From the NCBI GenBank assembly GCA_032718475.1, contig JAUCBJ010004016.1:2059-66058 (forward strand): a stretch of DNA of 64,000 nt, written 5' to 3'. The notes below the pieces were generated by a model that did not search any database, was not told the DNA's origin, and was given only the letters and a program-made list of their open reading frames with translations. This stretch comes from Nemertoderma westbladi (Eukaryota; Animalia; Xenacoelomorpha). Made by a program: the position numbers and the translations under genes. Below, one piece after another: positions 61,613-64,000 of this stretch; within the stretch, counting starts at the first letter, position 1; each line of letters opens with the position of its first letter.

Positions 61613-61687
61613 TCACCGGAATGGGGGATTGAACTCGGTACCTAGAGATTCCAAGTCCTACGCTCTACCAACTGAGCCACTGAGGCC
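61613..61687 (-). mobile_element. tRNA-like SINE head or pseudo-tRNA
   Basis: Minus strand GGCCTCAGTGGCTCAGTTGGTAGAGCG...CTTGGAA...GAGTTCAATCCC has good A and B boxes, but the acceptor stem does not pair. Confidence 0.65.
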
Positions 61688-61995
61688 GTATCAATCCCTG
61701 ATACCAAAACCTAACGAGAAATTAACATCAACAACAATAACAACGGAGTGAATACTAGAGGTCCCGCTATGCGGACCTAAAAATACTTGAATTGAACTTA
61801 AAGATGCGGCAAAAACTGCGGATAATAATTGAACATGAAAACCAAAACATTCAATAAAAAAACCTCGGATACAACTGATATTTCTATCCGCATTTTAATC
61901 ATAAAAAATCGTTTTTCTATATAATTGTTCTTATTAGTTTCCCATAGCCTATTGTTTTTCTTTTAGTTTGTATAATCGGTATTTCCTCTCCTCAG

Positions 61996-62203
61996 GTTGT
62001 CCGGGGTTTGGCCCGGTGTGACGGCCGTTGCCACTGCCGTTTAAATAAATCCCGTTACGGTAGAACCTACGCATTCAGTGCGCGGGATTATTGCGCAGAC
62101 GAAATCGGTTGCTGCGACCATATAGATGTCAATCTCGTAGTCGTGTGCAACAGACACCACACGCCGCCTCTGTGCAAGCAAGTCGGCGACCCAACACCCT
62201 GCG
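61996..62203 (+). CDS. LDLa protein, exon 4 (gene continues; later exons not identified)
   Basis: CTCCTCAG| phase 0 matches exon 3; RCDGRCHC...DYCADEIGC is LDLa-like with an insertion; donor G|GTAGGT. Confidence 0.75.
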
Positions 62204-64000
62204 GTAGGTCTCTGGTTAAATATAATAAATATTTCAAATAATTATAATTTAAACTTTGAATTAGCAACACTAATAAGAGGAAAAAGTATATTACGACTAA
62301 AAAAATGTATTTATTTGTTGTAAGTCACTTTTTTTTTTATCAAAGACGTTAACAAGTCTGACATAAAAGAACACATTTTTGTCAACAAAAAAAAGGAATG
62401 TTGAATTAAATTTCAAAGTAATTTCCATGACATTCGACTATCTAGTTTTTTATATTTTTTATAAACGATATAGAACACGTGTTTGTTAGCTATCAATTAT
62501 GATAAATAGTTTTGTTCTAGAACACATTTTTTTGAAGAAAATTTGGTCAAACTATGGGTACCTAAGGTGTAGTAATGCCCGTATTTCACTATGGAATAAG
62601 CTTCGAGGGTCGATATTTATGCTGAAATAGGCCCAGATAAAAGTGAGAGAAGACAAGGCAAAAAGTAACCTTTTTGTCTTCTTTCTTATTTATACTCTTT
62701 TTGCTACCACTTAAATTGTTATTCTGGTGTTTCGTGGTTTAAATTAGTACAATATTAAAAGGGATCATACTTCTCGGGATTTCCGGGATCGGGACCGGGA
62801 TAGACGTCTCCTTAAAAACACGCCTTTTCTCTTTATCGAATTTGAATTTCCCGCTTTAATGTGTGAATGGTATCGACGAAAGGCAGACCTGTATTGAACG
62901 ATTCCTGACCACCTATACATACATACTGTAATCCCGTTAAAAACAGGACTGTTGTTGGACACCTGTCTATAGGCAGAGGAATCTGCGTCATTTCAATAAG
63001 CATATTATAATGATAAACAGATTATAATAGCGTAAAAATTCGAATATGTGTTGGTTCCAGCTACGGTTGCTGCTACAGTATTGTGGCGCGTATTGATGTG
63101 CAATTATCTCTCCACTTGATATCGAGCGGGCCTGATGCGCTATAGGTCAGTAAACCGGGAACTAATTCTCTCTAAACTTTCTGTCGGGGAGTTCAGAGAA
63201 AGAGGCGGTGTGGTGGTCTGTCGTTATTACGAGGGTGAAAAGGTGAAGAATTATTGTTGAGGGATGATGTTCGTAATGTTCATTCATCCCTACCCGAAAG
63301 GGTGTAAATATACAGAGGCGTAGCGAGGGGAGGAAAGGGGGGGGGGGGGGGGGTTATCTCATCGTCATTCGTTACGCCTCTGTGTAAATCGTAAATCTCC
63401 CCTAATACTTGTAAAAATTCCATATTAAAGTATGGTTGCTCATTTACCACCGCAAAGCATCGGTAACCATGAATACTAATTAGCTGTACAGGTACAACTA
63501 CTGGTACGACGGCACTTATGCGACGAAAGGTATTAATAATAGATAAATGTACCGGGTAAAATTCCGCCACAATTATATTATATACTGTCTATATTTATCA
63601 TGAGTATAATATTTCGGACTCGGAAAGTTCCAAAATTAATATAGGGCGGCAGGACAATTAATTTCGGGACTTTCCGAAATTTTGAAGAAGATATATTTAT
63701 TATAATCATGACAGAATTCGTACTTCTAGTTACAGTACAATGATGTTTCGCACTGTGCAATTTTTCTTTTTTTGTACATGTACGATAAAAATTATATTAT
63801 TAAAATTCATTTATTACATTCTTTCAGCCATTGCATTGGCACGCTAATTGTTATCACCTTGGGTTTCACTTACATATAATCAAGAGTTTGTGAATGGATA
63901 TGGCCAAGTAAATTACCGCCGCAATATTTGTAGAGGATTCAATATTTTATTGATTTTATTCAATAAGTTGTGGTTATCCGTGTTGTCGCAGTTAAACTAA

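Noticed and set aside
61613-61687. Functional tRNA-Pro(TGG) gene
   Set aside because: Acceptor and anticodon stems do not pair properly; better read as a SINE head.
63061-63119. Possible terminal exon of the LDLa gene (ATVAATVLWRVLMCNYLST*)
   Set aside because: Phase-compatible, but the acceptor is weak and there is no domain support.

Overview
Repeat-rich animal (probably invertebrate) nuclear DNA. Host genes, all on the + strand: an intronless mitochondrial HtrA2/Omi-like protease, a two-exon SRP68, two tandem intronless Tctex1-domain dynein light-chain genes, and the first four exons of a secreted or membrane Cys-rich LDLa protein. The rest is mostly nested mobile DNA and tandem arrays. 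The mobile DNA comprises a non-autonomous LTR element, CRE-, RTE- and L2-type LINE copies, a Sola2-like DNA transposon, foldback and TIR MITEs, tRNA-derived SINEs and a Penelope-type minimal hammerhead ribozyme. Most striking: the last 20 codons plus stop codon of SRP68 are the first unit of a ~45-copy G-rich 68-bp minisatellite, and a candidate older C-terminus lies 3 kb downstream. Also notable are a 236-bp apparent gene-conversion tract between the Tctex1 paralogs, a ~7-kb foldback structure that spawns satellites, and TA-duplicating excision-like footprints concentrated upstream of SRP68. All calls are by eye; family assignments need database confirmation and copy numbers are approximate (span divided by unit length).
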